64,000 nt of DNA. Origin: an uncultured Verrucomicrobiae bacterium (GTDB lineage: Bacteria > Verrucomicrobiota > Verrucomicrobiia > Chthoniobacterales > UBA10450). The notes beneath the pieces are model-generated. The model searched no databases and was not told where the DNA came from. It saw only the letters and a program-made list of their open reading frames with translations. The stretch is from NCBI GenBank assembly GCA_963800015.1, contig CAWCZE010000001.1, forward strand, positions 5,111-69,110, read 5' to 3'. The translations under genes and the position numbers were made by a program. Each line of letters opens with the position of its first letter. The first letter of the stretch is position 1. Positions 21,026 through 31,318 of the stretch are shown piece by piece.

Positions 21026-21631
21026 CTATAATTGGTCCGTCCCGACATCGCCTGCTGCAAGGTCAGATCGTCGGCTGATTCCAAGGCCGCTCCCGCCGGC
21101 AGACCCCGGGCGATCCGCGTCAACGCGATGCCTTTGTTCTTCAAGAGATCGACCAGATAATTCGTGGTCGCTTCGCCCTCCACATCGGCCGCCAGCGCGA
21201 AAATGATCTCGCTGAACTTTTCTGTTTCCGATGCGGTCCAACAATTCTTTGATTCGCAAATCTTCCGGACCGATGTGATCCAGCGGCGAAATCCGGCCGC
21301 CTAACGAATGGTACCGTCCGCGGAAGGCGCCGGTTTTTTCCAACGGCAGGATATCGGTCGGCTGCTCGACCACGCAAAGAAGTTCCATCGCGCGCGACGG
21401 ATCCGAGCAAATGTCGCAAAGTTCGTTGGTCGTGAAATAGCCGCAGAGTTTGCAGGGATGAATTCCACGGCGCGTCTCCGAGATGGCCCGCGCGATCTGC
21501 TCCGGTTGATCGCCGCGCGCCTGGACGATCCAGAGCGCAATCCGTTCGGCCGAGCGTGGGCCAACGCCGGGCATGTGACGAAGTTGCGCGACCAAGTCCC
21601 GAAGCGCGGATGGATATTCCGTTTTCTTCAT
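21026..21631 (-). CDS. recR: recombination protein RecR (C-terminal Toprim part in another frame)
   Basis: LRDLVAQLRHMPGVGPRSAERIALWIV...CKLCGYFTTNELCDICSD. The Toprim part is DVEGEATTNYLVDLLKNKGIALTRIARGLPAGAALE, in ORF 20737..21183. Confidence 0.8.
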   Translation of the reverse strand: MKKTEYPSALRDLVAQLRHMPGVGPRSAERIALWIVQARGDQPEQIARAISETRRGIHPCKLCGYFTTNELCDICSDPSRAMELLCVVEQPTDILPLEKTGAFRGRYHSLGGRISPLDHIGPEDLRIKELLDRIGNRKVQRDHFRAGGRCGGRSDHELSGRSLEEQRHRVDADRPGSAGGSGLGISRRSDLAAGDVGTDQL

Positions 21632-21672
21632 GAGCGTTTACTCGAGCGCGGCTCCACGGATCCCCGCCGCTT

Positions 21673-22932
21673 CTACATCGGCCGCATCGGCACTTCGGCA
21701 AGATGAAGCGCGAGCGGCTCGAGCCGGCGCAGATACAATTGCAGCGGCGCGTCTTCTTCCTCGTTAGGCCCGCGCGCTTTTTGAAATTCCGAATACGCTT
21801 CGGCCCAGCGTTTCTCGCGATAAAACACAACGCCGTTCCAAAAACAATCGCGCCGGGCGAGTTGTTCCGGTTTTGCTTCCGCGGCCGGCCAGAGAGGTTC
21901 GTAAATCTCGTGACGCTCGCGCGATATTTACGCCGCTGAGAAAATCAATCGGCCGCGCGACAATGTATCGGCTGGCCAAGCTCGAACGTGCGAGGCCCAA
22001 TCAAAACACGAGATCCATAGAATCGGTTCGCCACACAAAATCGCCGAGCAAGCTCGACCGGTTCGCCGCTCGTGATCAGACCCGGACGATCGCCATTTTG
22101 AAGCGGCGCGACCACCATCGTTCCCGAGCTGACTCCGACATGAACATCGGATTTCGCGTCTCCGTTTGCCACGACGCGCATCGTCGAAATTGATCGACCA
22201 CATCGAGCGCAACCCGCACCGCTTTGTCTCCATGATGCGCGTCGACTTCCGGAAAACCAAACAGCGCGACTACGCCCTCGCGCATCAGCGGTTTGAATGT
22301 AACCGCCCGCACTCATGAAAATGATCCGTCGCGCGACGGATAAAATCTTCGGTGATATTTGCCGAACTCCGGCGGCTCGCATTCGTCCGCCAGATCGTAT
22401 TTGTTCGCGACATCGCAAACTACCACGGTCGTTTCGTAAGTCTTCGCGTCGGGATCGAATGGAATGTCGCCAGACGATAACGCGTTGAAACTGATCACTT
22501 GATAGTCGATCGCTGAAAAACGCGCGCGCCGTGACCGAGCGCCCGCGATGAGCGATCGCGGTGTAACGATCGGCCGCGACGAACCCGAGAACGGTGCGCA
22601 AACATCGACGGCAAAGGTTGGAAAAAAAATTTGATATAACCCACAGATCCACGCGACGGCTGCGAGCTCGACAGCAACCCGATCACCAAGCAGCCCGATC
22701 CGACCGCGTCGCGAACTCGTCGCCGTCAGCGCCGCCACGCCAAACGCGAGGACCGACATGAACACGTATTGGAGTTGCGTCGGCGAGATTGCGAGTGGTC
22801 GATCCGGAGTCTGCAATGTAATCGGCGGCCCGCGATTCGAATTCCCTGACCTGAGGGACAAGCTGCAGGCGCTCACCAGCCACCACGGTGAAAATACCAA
22901 TAATCAAAGTCGCTATCAGCGGAGCGTTTCAT
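21673..22932 (-). CDS. membrane-anchored class III adenylate/guanylate cyclase (multiple frame changes)
   Basis: N-terminal TM segments are in ORFs 22683 and 22313. The cyclase core is TVVVCDVANKYDLAD..., ...ALFGFPEVDAHHGDKAVRVALD..., ...VHVGVSSGTMVV.... The C-terminal helical part ends LHLAEVPMRPM with a stop near 21673. Confidence 0.6.
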
Positions 22933-22994
22933 GGACAGGGGATCAGGGTTTTGCCATCGACGGCGAACCTGGATAGTACGACTGCACGACGAGT

Positions 22995-24576
22995 TCACTC
23001 AAGCATCTGTCTGGCCCGTCCACTGCGTCGCGCCCCGAGGACGAAATTGGAGCGGCCGGTGTTCTTTTTCACCAGGTTCAAACCAAACTGATAATCTTTG
23101 AACAGGTGGGCGCAGAGATCGGTCATGTTCATTCGCTCGCTATGGGCGCGTTCCACCAAACGCCGGACGGCGCGCATCGTCAAAAACAATTTCGATCCCG
23201 TGCGCCCTGCCGAATCCCGCCGCCCATTGTCGGGCCGCATCCTCCAGTATCCTGGCCTCGTGCTTTTCGCCTTCCGCCATCAATCGATCGAGCACGCGCT
23301 TCGGCTCCCGCACCAGCTCTGCCGTCACCCGCAATTGACTCAAACCTGAGCCTGCCAGGTGATATTTGTAATCGCGGAAGAGTTTTTCAAACACTGTCAG
23401 CAAACCGCGCGCGCCCGTTTTTTCCGAGGCTGCCGCTTCCGCGATCAGACGGAGCGCTTCATCGTCAAAACTAATCTCGATCCCGTAGGCCCTGAAAGCG
23501 CGTTCGTACTGGCGCAACAGGCTGCCTTCCGAAAATTTCATGATCTTGAAACAGATCGTCAGCGATCGAGATCCAGACAGACCACCCGCACCGGCAAACG
23601 CCCAATGAATTCCGGTTCGAAGCCGTACCCGACAAAATCCTGCGTCGTGACCTGCTGAAACAATTCGTTATCCATCACCTGAACCGGTTCCGCTCGAAAA
23701 CCGATTTGTCCCTGACGAATTCGCCGCGGCCACTTGCTCCTTCAACTTTTCGAACGCGCCACTGACCACAAACAAAATGTGCCGCGTGTTAATGGTTTCG
23801 CGCTTTGCTTTGCCTTTGCGCTGGAATTCGAACGCCGCCTGCAACTGCGCCTGCAAATCGTTCATGCTGCGCACCGGCACTTCCGTCTCCTCCATCAACT
23901 TGAGCAGCGTCGTTTGCACTCCGCGGCCGCTCACGTCCCGGCCAATCAGATTTCCAGCGGACGCGATTTTGTCGATCTCGTCGATGTAAATGATCCCGAA
24001 CTGCGCGAGATTCAGATCGCCGTTGGCTTTGTGAACGAGCTCGCGCACCAAATCTTCCACATCGCCGCCGACGTAACCGGTTTCGCTGAACTTCGTCGCG
24101 TCCGCTTTCACGAACGGAACTTTGATCAAATCCGCGATGTGTTTGATGAGGTAAGTTTTTCCAACACCGGTTGGTCCGACCAGAATCACATTCTGCTTTG
24201 CGTACTCGAGTTGCTCGGCCGCCTTCGGATTTTCCTGCTCAAGCTGATGCAAATATTTCGCGTGGTTATAATGATCGCAGACTGCGATTGAGAGAACCTT
24301 CTTGGCTTCGTCCTGTTTGATCACGAACCGGTCCAGATGCGCTTTGATGTCACGCGGGAGAAAGTTGAATTCGAAATCGTGCGCCTTCGCCGCCGGCTCG
24401 GGCTTTTCTTCCGTTTCGGCTTCGGCCGGTTCCGGGGCCGGAAATGCCGCAACCGAAACGTGATCGCCGAAGTTCTGTTTCATGAACTCGGTGATCTTCG
24501 TCTTCAGTTCCTCGGGTGAAGGAAACGTCGGTGGCGGTGGGTTTTGCTCCATTGGCAGGCTTAACGTGGCGGTCAT
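22995..24576 (-). CDS. ClpX-like AAA+ ATPase without N-terminal zinc finger (frame-disrupted)
   Basis: Walker A is [18 protein letters not shown] and Walker B is [11 protein letters not shown]. The sequence also has [19 protein letters not shown], and the C-terminal lid has [13 protein letters not shown]. The N-terminus is Pro/Glu-rich. Pieces are in ORFs 23668, 23140 and 22995. Confidence 0.65.
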
Positions 24577-24818
24577 GGTTTGACCAGCGCAGAGCGCCGG
24601 CGTTCAAGGCTCAAGCGCGGCAGGAATCTACCATCGGAACTCGCGGTGTAAACCGGCCCCAACTAACGGGGTCTGTACCTAAACATTCAACATTTGGCCG
24701 CTTAGATCGGTGTTCATCGATTCAGGCAGTTGATCCGGCCATCAGGGATGCTCCGGCGGGCGAGGAACTTGATAAGTCAAAGAAATTGCCGGCGAGACGT
24801 CTGGCGGCAAAGAAGCAA

Positions 24819-25385
24819 TCAGACCGGAGGGATGTTTTCACGGCCGTATTTCAACACACGGCACATCCAGATCAGTTCGTTGAGAAATCCGTCGACTCGA
24901 CGAATGAAGTTTTGGTCGAGAAGTTCTCCGCGTTCGTCGAATAAGCTGCCGACCCGACCGAAGTTCACGTCTTCGAAGATCGTGACCAGCCCGAGCTCGC
25001 GCATCACCGGCAACAAACTTTCGATTACCCGCGCGCCTCCGATAATGCCGGCTGACACGCCGCAAATCCCGACCGCTTTATGAATGTATTCCTTCAGATT
25101 CATATCCAGCGCATGTTTCAGAAGGCCGGGAAAACTGTGGTTGTATTCCGGCGTCACAATGATCAGTCCGTCGCAACGATCGATCGTCGCCGCGAATTTC
25201 GGATCTTTCATTTGTTCGCCGGCATCATCGAGCTTCATCGGCAGAGTGCGAACATCGATGAATTCAGTTTCCACACCGGCACGCGCTTTGATTCGTTCGA
25301 ACACAAATTTCGCCGCGTGCTCGCTTTCGCGGCCCTGACGAGCGGTCCCAAGAATCAGCGGAATAAAAAGTGGGCGTTCAGCCAT
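24819..25385 (-). CDS. NADPH-dependent FMN reductase
   Basis: Intact 188-aa ORF: LILGTARQGRESEHAAKFV...GLIIVTPEYNHSFPGLLKHALD. Confidence 0.8.
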   Translation of the reverse strand: MAERPLFIPLILGTARQGRESEHAAKFVFERIKARAGVETEFIDVRTLPMKLDDAGEQMKDPKFAATIDRCDGLIIVTPEYNHSFPGLLKHALDMNLKEYIHKAVGICGVSAGIIGGARVIESLLPVMRELGLVTIFEDVNFGRVGSLFDERGELLDQNFIRRVDGFLNELIWMCRVLKYGRENIPPV

Positions 25386-25423
25386 TTCAGTTTTTCAGAT
25401 TTCAGTTTTCAGCTTTTCAGAAA
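25386..25423. repeat. tandem TTTCAG(N) heptamer/octamer repeats (5 units) between the FMN reductase start and the tRNA-Leu 3' end
   Basis: TTCAGTTTTTCAGATTTCAGTTTTCAGCTTTTCAGAAA. On the minus strand this is CTGAAAA repeated directly upstream of the ATG at 25385. Confidence 0.7.
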
Positions 25424-25508
25424 TGCCGATGGCGGGACTCGAACCCACACGGGCGTTTAAGCCCAACGGATTTTAAGTCCGTTGCGTCTGCCATTTCGCC
25501 ACATCGGC
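25424..25508 (-). tRNA. tRNA-Leu (anticodon UAA)
   Basis: Minus-strand reading: GCCGATGTGGCGAAATGGCAGACGCAACGGACTTAAAATCCGTTGGGCTTAAACGCCCGTGTGGGTTCGAGTCCCGCCATCGGCA. It has a 7-bp acceptor stem, a long variable arm and a TTCGAGT T-loop. Confidence 0.9.
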
Positions 25509-25760
25509 GGATTTACCGTGGGAAGGTAGCCACAGAACCTCGAAAATGAAATAAGGCTCCACTTACCGTGTCCGGCCGGTGCGGAGCGACAGATAATATT
25601 TTCGTGGCCGGAGGTGAAAAAAGCAAACCTCGATTCGCCAAAACCGGATTGATTTGTGGAGCGAAAACCAGCCTGTGCCGCAGTGGCGCCCACGCTTCAG
25701 GGGCTTCGGCGCCACAAGACGGCTCTGCAGGCAAGCCGCGGCTGTTTTCCCCGCTTCGGA

Positions 25761-25794
25761 GCGGCGCAGTTTATTGCGCCGCTTCTTTGCTTTC
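25761..25794 (+). terminator. terminator-like hairpin with no upstream annotated gene
   Basis: GCGGCGCA-GTTTAT-TGCGCCGC followed by TTCTTTGCTTTC. Confidence 0.35.
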
Positions 25795-25816
25795 ACGGCT
25801 GCGGATGGCGAAGAAT

Positions 25817-25842
25817 GGCGACTGGGGTCAGTCGCCGCTACC
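25817..25842. repeat. half REP unit (single hairpin + GCTACC)
   Basis: GGCGACTGGGGTCAGTCGCCGCTACC. Confidence 0.6.
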
Positions 25843-25985
25843 AGCAGCACGATCCCGCGACGGTCGAACGATTGCGTTCGATCGCGGAAAAATCGGTCAC
25901 ATCCAAGCGGCCGCCACGCGGCGCGTAGTACTTATATAGATGAGGTCGTCCGGCGGGAGCATCCGCTTCCCCCGACCAGGGCGAT

Positions 25986-26011
25986 GGCGATTGGGGTCAA
26001 TCGCCGCTACC
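25986..26011. repeat. half REP unit (single hairpin + GCTACC)
   Basis: GGCGATTGGGGTCAATCGCCGCTACC. It is near-identical to 25817-25842, with compensatory stem changes. Confidence 0.6.
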
Positions 26012-26042
26012 TGATCTATCAAAATTCAAAAGAGGAGGAGTT

Positions 26043-26627
26043 ATGGCTCGGAAGTTGGAAGGCAAGAAGGTGGCCATCTTGGTGGCTAATGGTTTTGAAC
26101 AAGTCGAAATGACGAAACCCCGCGAAGCGCTGGATGAAGCCGGTGCGGAAACAAAAATTGTTTCGCCGAAATCGGGACAAATCCAGGGAATGCATCACGC
26201 GGACAAAGGCGACAAGTTTGATGTCGATCTCACGCTGGACGAAGCGCGACCGGAGGAATTCGACGCGATCATGATTCCGGGCGGTCTGATGAATCCGGAC
26301 GAACTTCGCGGAACTCCGGAAGCGCTGGACTTTGTGAGACACTTCTTCGAAGAAGGCAAACCGGCGGCCGTGATTTGTCATGGTCCCTGGGTGCTGATCG
26401 ATGCCGGTCTCGTCCGGGGGCGAACCCTGACCTCGTGGCCGAACATTAAAACCGATGTGCGAAATGCCGGCGGCAACTGGGTGAACGAGGAAGTCGTGGT
26501 TGATAACGGACTCGTGACCAGTCGCAAACCTGACGACATTCCGGCGTTCAACAGAAAGATGATCGAGGAATTCTGCGAAGGAAAACACGCGCAGACCAAG
26601 GCAATGGCGGCAGCGTTAGAGACATAG
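26043..26627 (+). CDS. DJ-1/PfpI family protein (type 1 glutamine amidotransferase-like)
   Basis: Intact ORF with a strong RBS (AAGAGGAGGAG). It contains AAVICHGPWVLIDAGL, the nucleophile-elbow Cys-His. Confidence 0.85.
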   Translation: MARKLEGKKVAILVANGFEQVEMTKPREALDEAGAETKIVSPKSGQIQGMHHADKGDKFDVDLTLDEARPEEFDAIMIPGGLMNPDELRGTPEALDFVRHFFEEGKPAAVICHGPWVLIDAGLVRGRTLTSWPNIKTDVRNAGGNWVNEEVVVDNGLVTSRKPDDIPAFNRKMIEEFCEGKHAQTKAMAAALET

Positions 26628-26632
26628 GCGGC

Positions 26633-26697
26633 ATTGTAGCGGCGGCGTCTCGCCGTCGATTTAAATGGTTTCGGCGCTCAGAGAGCGCCGCTACAAT
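26633..26697. repeat. REP/BIME-like double-hairpin palindrome (family TTGTAGCGGCG...CGCCGCTACAA)
   Basis: ATTGTAGCGGCGGCGTCTCGCCGTCGATTTAAATGGTTTCGGCGCTCAGAGAGCGCCGCTACAAT. It fills the DJ-1/pgsA gap. Confidence 0.75.
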
Positions 26698-26705
26698 AAT
26701 CATCA

Positions 26706-27314
26706 ATGACTACCGCCAATAAAATCACCATCACGCGGATCCTGATGATCCCGGCGTTTGTGACCATGGCGATCTATTATGGTGAAAGCATTCAGCGTCA
26801 CGAGCCGCAGGAGTGGATGCGCTTCGCCGCAATTATCATCTTCCTTGTGGCGGCGGTGAGCGACGGGCTGGACGGTTACGTAGCACGCCGTTACAAACAA
26901 CGCAGCTCGTTAGGCGTGATTCTTGATCCGATCGCAGACAAAGGTTTGCTTTTGAGCGGCATCATCACGCTGAGCATCAGCAATTGGAGCGAAAGCGACC
27001 CGGATTACGGAAAATTTCCGATCTGGTTTCCGGTCCTCGTCATTACGCGCGACGCGGTGATTCTGGTCGGCGCGATAATGCTGCATTATTTGATCGGCAA
27101 CAAAATGAAAGTGAAGCCGAGCTGGACGGGAAAAGTCGCGACGGTTTGCCAGATGTGCGCGATTGCGTGGGTCATGTTGCAGCTTCGTTTTCTGCCGCTA
27201 ACTGCCGTCGTCATAGTTGCCGGACTGTTCACGCTCGTCTCCGGGATTATTTACGTCCTGGCAGGGGTCCGCCAATTGCAAGCCGAGGGTCACGCCCACG
27301 CACGCGCCGATTAA
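26706..27314 (+). CDS. pgsA: CDP-alcohol phosphatidyltransferase (PgsA-like)
   Basis: DGLDGYVARRYKQRSSLGVILDPIADK matches the CDP-alcohol phosphatidyltransferase motif. The protein has multiple TM helices. Confidence 0.8.
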   Translation: MTTANKITITRILMIPAFVTMAIYYGESIQRHEPQEWMRFAAIIIFLVAAVSDGLDGYVARRYKQRSSLGVILDPIADKGLLLSGIITLSISNWSESDPDYGKFPIWFPVLVITRDAVILVGAIMLHYLIGNKMKVKPSWTGKVATVCQMCAIAWVMLQLRFLPLTAVVIVAGLFTLVSGIIYVLAGVRQLQAEGHAHARAD

Positions 27315-27321
27315 ATTCGAT

Positions 27322-27403
27322 CCACAGATTGCACAGATTTTCACAGATTATTTTGAACAAAGCTGCTGTGTCTGGAAATCTGTGAAATCGGCGAAATCTG
27401 TGG
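27322..27403 (+). repeat. composite leader hairpin (arms made of degenerate CACAGATT repeats) ending at the der start codon
   Basis: CCACAGATTGCACAGATTTTCACAGATT...GAAATCTGTGAAATCGGCGAAATCTGTGG, followed immediately by the ATG at 27404. Confidence 0.7.
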
Positions 27404-28813
27404 ATGAACTCCGTCGCAATCATAGGGCGGCCTAACGTAGGCAAGTCGGCGCTGTTCAATCGCCTCGCCGGAAGGAAGATCGCGATCGTTCACGACCAAC
27501 CGGGGATTACCCGCGACAGAATCTCTGCTGTCTGCGAACGCGGAGCGCGACCGTTCACGGTTTGGGATACCGGCGGCATTTTCGGCCGAGGCGAAGCGGA
27601 ATTGACCAGTCAGGTGCGAGGCGCAGTCGATCAGGCTTTACGCGAGAGCGATTTGGCTCTGTTTGTTGTCGACGCCAAGGACGGTCTCACGCCGGTGGAC
27701 GAAGAGCTCGCCCGCATGCTGCGCAGATCGCGGAAGCCAGTGCTGCTGGTAGTCAACAAGATCGACCATGATAAACATGAGCCGCTTTCGGGCGATTTCG
27801 ATTCGTTAGGTTTCGGAACATCTGTTTCGATCAGCGCCGAACACAATCGCGGGATTGTGGACCTGCTCGAACAGATCGATAAACTGCTGCCGGACGTCGG
27901 AGGTCACAGGTCAGACGTGAGCGGTCAGACGTCAGACGTCGGAGATGAGACGACGACTCCGGTCGCTCAACTCTCAACCCTCAACTCTCAACCGCTTGCG
28001 ATCGCAATCATTGGGCGCCCTAACGTTGGAAAATCCTCGCTGATTAATGCGATCGTTAAGAGCGAGCGCGCGATCGTTAGTGAATTGCCTGGAACAACCC
28101 GTGATTCCGTCGATATCGCCTATGAACGCGATGGCCATCAGTTTCGGTTCATCGACACCGCGGGCATGCGCCGCCGCGGCAAAGTTTCCAGCTCGGTGGA
28201 AGTTTTCAGCGTGATGCGGGCCGAGAAAAGCATTCAACGGGCGGACCTTTGCGTGTTGATCGTGGACCTAACGAGCGGCGTGACAGCGCAAGACAAACGC
28301 ATCGCCGGTTTGATTCAGGAAGCGCGCAAAGGCGGATTGATCGTGTTGAATAAATGGGACCTCGTGAAACCGCAACGCGGCAAGAGTCAGACGATCCGGG
28401 AACTGGCGGATGACGCCCGGGAACGGATTTTCTTTCTCGATTATGCGCCGGTCGTCATCGCATCTGCCGCAACCGGCGAAAACGTTGACCGTATCTTCGG
28501 GATGATCGACAAGATCGAGCTCGCGTCGAAAGCACGGATCGGCACCGGAGTCCTCAATCGCCTGATGCGAGCGGCGTTCGCCGCGAATCCGCCGCCGATG
28601 GTGAAGGGGAAACGATTGAAACTTTTTTATGCTGCTCAATCGAGCGGATCAAAGACCAGGCGGCTTCAGCCGGTCGAAATCGTGTTATTTGTTAACGATC
28701 CTCGCCTGCTTGGGCGCACTTACGCGCGTTACCTGGAAGCGCAAATTCGAGACTGCATGCCCTATCCTGGGGTGCCGATCATTTTGACTTTGCGGCCACG
28801 TAGCCAAAAATAA
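27404..28813 (+). CDS. der: ribosome-associated GTPase Der/EngA, with a repeat-encoded linker insertion
   Basis: There are two GTPase domains (GRPNVGKSALFN and GRPNVGKSSLIN) and a KH-like C-terminus. The inter-domain linker HRSDVSGQTSDVGDETTTPVAQLSTLNSQP is encoded by tandem repeats at 27901-27995. Confidence 0.9.
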   Translation: MNSVAIIGRPNVGKSALFNRLAGRKIAIVHDQPGITRDRISAVCERGARPFTVWDTGGIFGRGEAELTSQVRGAVDQALRESDLALFVVDAKDGLTPVDEELARMLRRSRKPVLLVVNKIDHDKHEPLSGDFDSLGFGTSVSISAEHNRGIVDLLEQIDKLLPDVGGHRSDVSGQTSDVGDETTTPVAQLSTLNSQPLAIAIIGRPNVGKSSLINAIVKSERAIVSELPGTTRDSVDIAYERDGHQFRFIDTAGMRRRGKVSSSVEVFSVMRAEKSIQRADLCVLIVDLTSGVTAQDKRIAGLIQEARKGGLIVLNKWDLVKPQRGKSQTIRELADDARERIFFLDYAPVVIASAATGENVDRIFGMIDKIELASKARIGTGVLNRLMRAAFAANPPPMVKGKRLKLFYAAQSSGSKTRRLQPVEIVLFVNDPRLLGRTYARYLEAQIRDCMPYPGVPIILTLRPRSQK

Positions 28814-28921
28814 CAGTAAGCATGCCGCCTATGGGGGCTTGGGATGCGCTAAAGAGCGCGCGGCTACACGGAATCGAACATTTCGCGGCCGTATCTGTCA
28901 TAATTTGTCTGTAAAAAATAC

Positions 28922-29908
28922 ATGAAATCTACCCAGGAAATCACTCAGGAGGTCCAGGAACTCGGTCGCTGGATTCCGGCGCTTCGCGAACAAGTCTCGC
29001 ATGTGGTCGTCGGCCAGAAATATCTCGTCGACCGGCTGTTGCTCGGCCTTCTCGCCAACGGTCACATTTTGCTCGAAGGCGTTCCCGGTTTGGCCAAAAC
29101 GCTCACCGTCAAGACGATGGCGTCAACGATCCAGACGGGCTTTCAACGACTGCAATTCACGCCCGACCTCTTGCCCGCCGACTTGATAGGCACTCTGATT
29201 TACAATCCGCGCACCGGCGAATTTTCAACGAAACTTGGGCCGATTTTCTCGAACTTAATTCTGGCCGACGAAATCAATCGCGCGCCGGCCAAAGTTCAAA
29301 GCGCATTGCTCGAAGCAATGCAGGAACGCCAGGTCACTATTGGTGAACAAACTTATCCCCTCGCCGATCCGTTTCTGGTTCTTGCGACCCAGAACCCGAT
29401 TGAACAGGAGGGAACGTATCAGCTTCCGGAAGCGCAACTCGATCGGTTCATGTTCAAATTGAACGTTGGTTATCCGCAAAAATCCGAGGAACGCACAATT
29501 CTGGATTTGATGGCCACGTCCGCGCCGGATTTACGCGTCCAGGGAATTGTCGATCCGAAACAGATCATCGCGGCGCGTGATGTCGTGAATCAAATCTACA
29601 TCGACGATCGAGTGAAGGATTACATCGTCGATGTTGTCTGGGCAACTCGCGAACCGGCGACCTACAATCTCGAGCTCGAAGGTTTGATCCGTTATGGCGC
29701 ATCGCCGCGGGCCACGATTTATCTGGCTCTTGGCGCCCGCGCTCACGCTTTTCTCAACGGACGCGGTTATGTTACTCCGCAGGACGTCAAAAGCATCGGT
29801 CCCGACGTATTGCGCCATCGCATCATCGTTAGTTACGAAGCGGAAGCTGAAGAGGTCACCAGCGAAACCATCATCGACCGCATTTTTGCGGGCCTTCCCG
29901 TTCCGTAA
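28922..29908 (+). CDS. MoxR-family AAA+ ATPase (first gene of the Bat operon)
   Basis: ILLEGVPGLAKTLTVKTMA, LILADEINRAPAKVQSALLEAMQERQVT, ATQNPIEQEGTYQLPEAQLDRF. Confidence 0.9.
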   Translation: MKSTQEITQEVQELGRWIPALREQVSHVVVGQKYLVDRLLLGLLANGHILLEGVPGLAKTLTVKTMASTIQTGFQRLQFTPDLLPADLIGTLIYNPRTGEFSTKLGPIFSNLILADEINRAPAKVQSALLEAMQERQVTIGEQTYPLADPFLVLATQNPIEQEGTYQLPEAQLDRFMFKLNVGYPQKSEERTILDLMATSAPDLRVQGIVDPKQIIAARDVVNQIYIDDRVKDYIVDVVWATREPATYNLELEGLIRYGASPRATIYLALGARAHAFLNGRGYVTPQDVKSIGPDVLRHRIIVSYEAEAEEVTSETIIDRIFAGLPVP

Positions 29909-29910
29909 CG

Positions 29911-30811
29911 ATGAACGGTTTGCAGGAAAAGACGGCGGAAATTCTCAAGAAGATCCTGTACGCTCGAAATTAAGACCCGCGGTCTGGTCGACACAGTTTT
30001 CGCGGGCAATTACCACAGTGTCTTCAAGGGACGCGGAATGAATTTCGAAGACGTCCGCGAATATCAACCGGGCGACGAGATTCGGGCGATTGATTGGAAC
30101 GTGACCGCGCGGCTTGGAACTGCGTTCGTGAAAAAGTTTACCGAGGAGCGCGAACTAACGGTCATGTTGATCGTGGACGTCAGCGCGTCCGGAAGCTTCG
30201 GGAGCGCGACTCAATCCAAACGCGAGTTGGCCGCGGAAGTCGCCTGCCTGCTCGCGTTCAGCGCCATTCGAAACAACGACAAAGTCGGTCTCCTTCTGTT
30301 CACAGATCGGGTCGAACTTTTCATTCCGCCCAAGAAGGGCCGTTCGCACACGTTGCGGCTGATTCGCGAGATTCTATTTTTCGAACCGGCCGGGCGCGGA
30401 ACGGACCCGGCATTGGCGCTCGATTATCTGAACCGGATCGTCACTCGGCGCGCGGTGGTGTTTTTCATTTCCGATTTTCAAGCACCCGATTTCTCGCACG
30501 CGCTTGCCGTGAGCGGACGCCGCCACGATTTCATTGCCGTCCGTGTTCAGGACGAACGCGAAACCGTGTTGCCGAATGTCGGCATCATCACGCTCGAAGA
30601 CGCGGAAACCGGCGAGCAAATCGAAATCAACACCGCGGACCGGAACATTCGCACGCAGTTCAGCGATTTGGCCGACCAGAATGCGCGCGAGCTGACCCGA
30701 ACACTGCGGCGTAACAACGTCGACACAATCACGCTGCGAACGAGCGAAGATTATTTGCCGGCGTTGCGCGCGTTCTTCAAGAGTCGCGAACGCCGGGTTG
30801 CGCTCCGATAG
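29911..30811 (+). CDS. DUF58 protein (one frame change near 29950)
   Basis: ...LEIKTRGLVDTVFAGNYHSVFKGRGMNFEDVREYQPGDEIRAIDWNVTARLG... The ATG at 29911 lies 2 nt after the moxR stop. Confidence 0.8.
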
Positions 30812-30815
30812 CATC

Positions 30816-31318
30816 ATGAGCTTCCTCGCCGCCCAGAATTTTCACGAGATCGCGCCGCCGGTGGATTACTCTTTCGTTCCCACGTGGCTGATTTTTGTGG
30901 GAAGTTTCGTCGTAATTTCACTCATCGGTTTGGTCGTTTGGTTGTTTATGCGAAAACCGAACCTGCGTTGCCCCCGAGATTGCCGCGCGACATCGCCCTG
31001 GAAGAACTCGACTCGATCAGCGGTGAAATCGAGACGATGAACCCGTATCAGTTCAGCATTCGCGTCTCAGATATTTTGCGACGTTATGTCACGAATCAAT
31101 ACGCGCTACCGGTTACCCGCCAGACCTCGGTCGAATTTCTCACCGCTCTGGCCAAAGCGTCCTCGTTCTCGCCTAACGAGAAGTCGCTGCTCGAAGATTT
31201 TTTGAATCGATGCGATTTGATCAAGTTCGCGCGATACGAAGCAACATCCGCGGACAGCCGGCTTCTCCTGGAAGAGGCGCTGCGGTTTGTGAAAGGAGAA
31301 CAACTTGCGCTTGCTTGA
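30816..31318 (+). CDS. DUF4381 protein (one frame change near 30950)
   Basis: MSFLAAQNFHEIAPPVDYSFVPTWLIFVGSFVV... joins ...ALEELDSISGEIETMNPYQFSIRVSDILRRYV...LIKFARYE. Confidence 0.7.

Noticed and set aside
21632-21830. A ybaB/ebfC gene was expected upstream of recR; ORF 21141..21830 is the candidate.
   Set aside because: Only about 40 bp separate the recR start from the stop of the cyclase gene. The ORF is an out-of-frame read-through with an Arg-rich nonsense translation.
25386-25423. Tandem short repeats here and at about 9458-9495, 34621-34645, 45313-45341 and 52041-52070, considered as CRISPR arrays.
   Set aside because: The units are 6-9 nt, directly abutting and degenerate, with no unique spacers. 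They are not CRISPR.
25675-25700. GCCACTG on the minus strand (B12-box-like), considered as a cobalamin riboswitch.
   Set aside because: The other conserved blocks (GGGAA...GGTGnAAnTCC) are absent in the correct order, and there is no suitable downstream gene on that strand.
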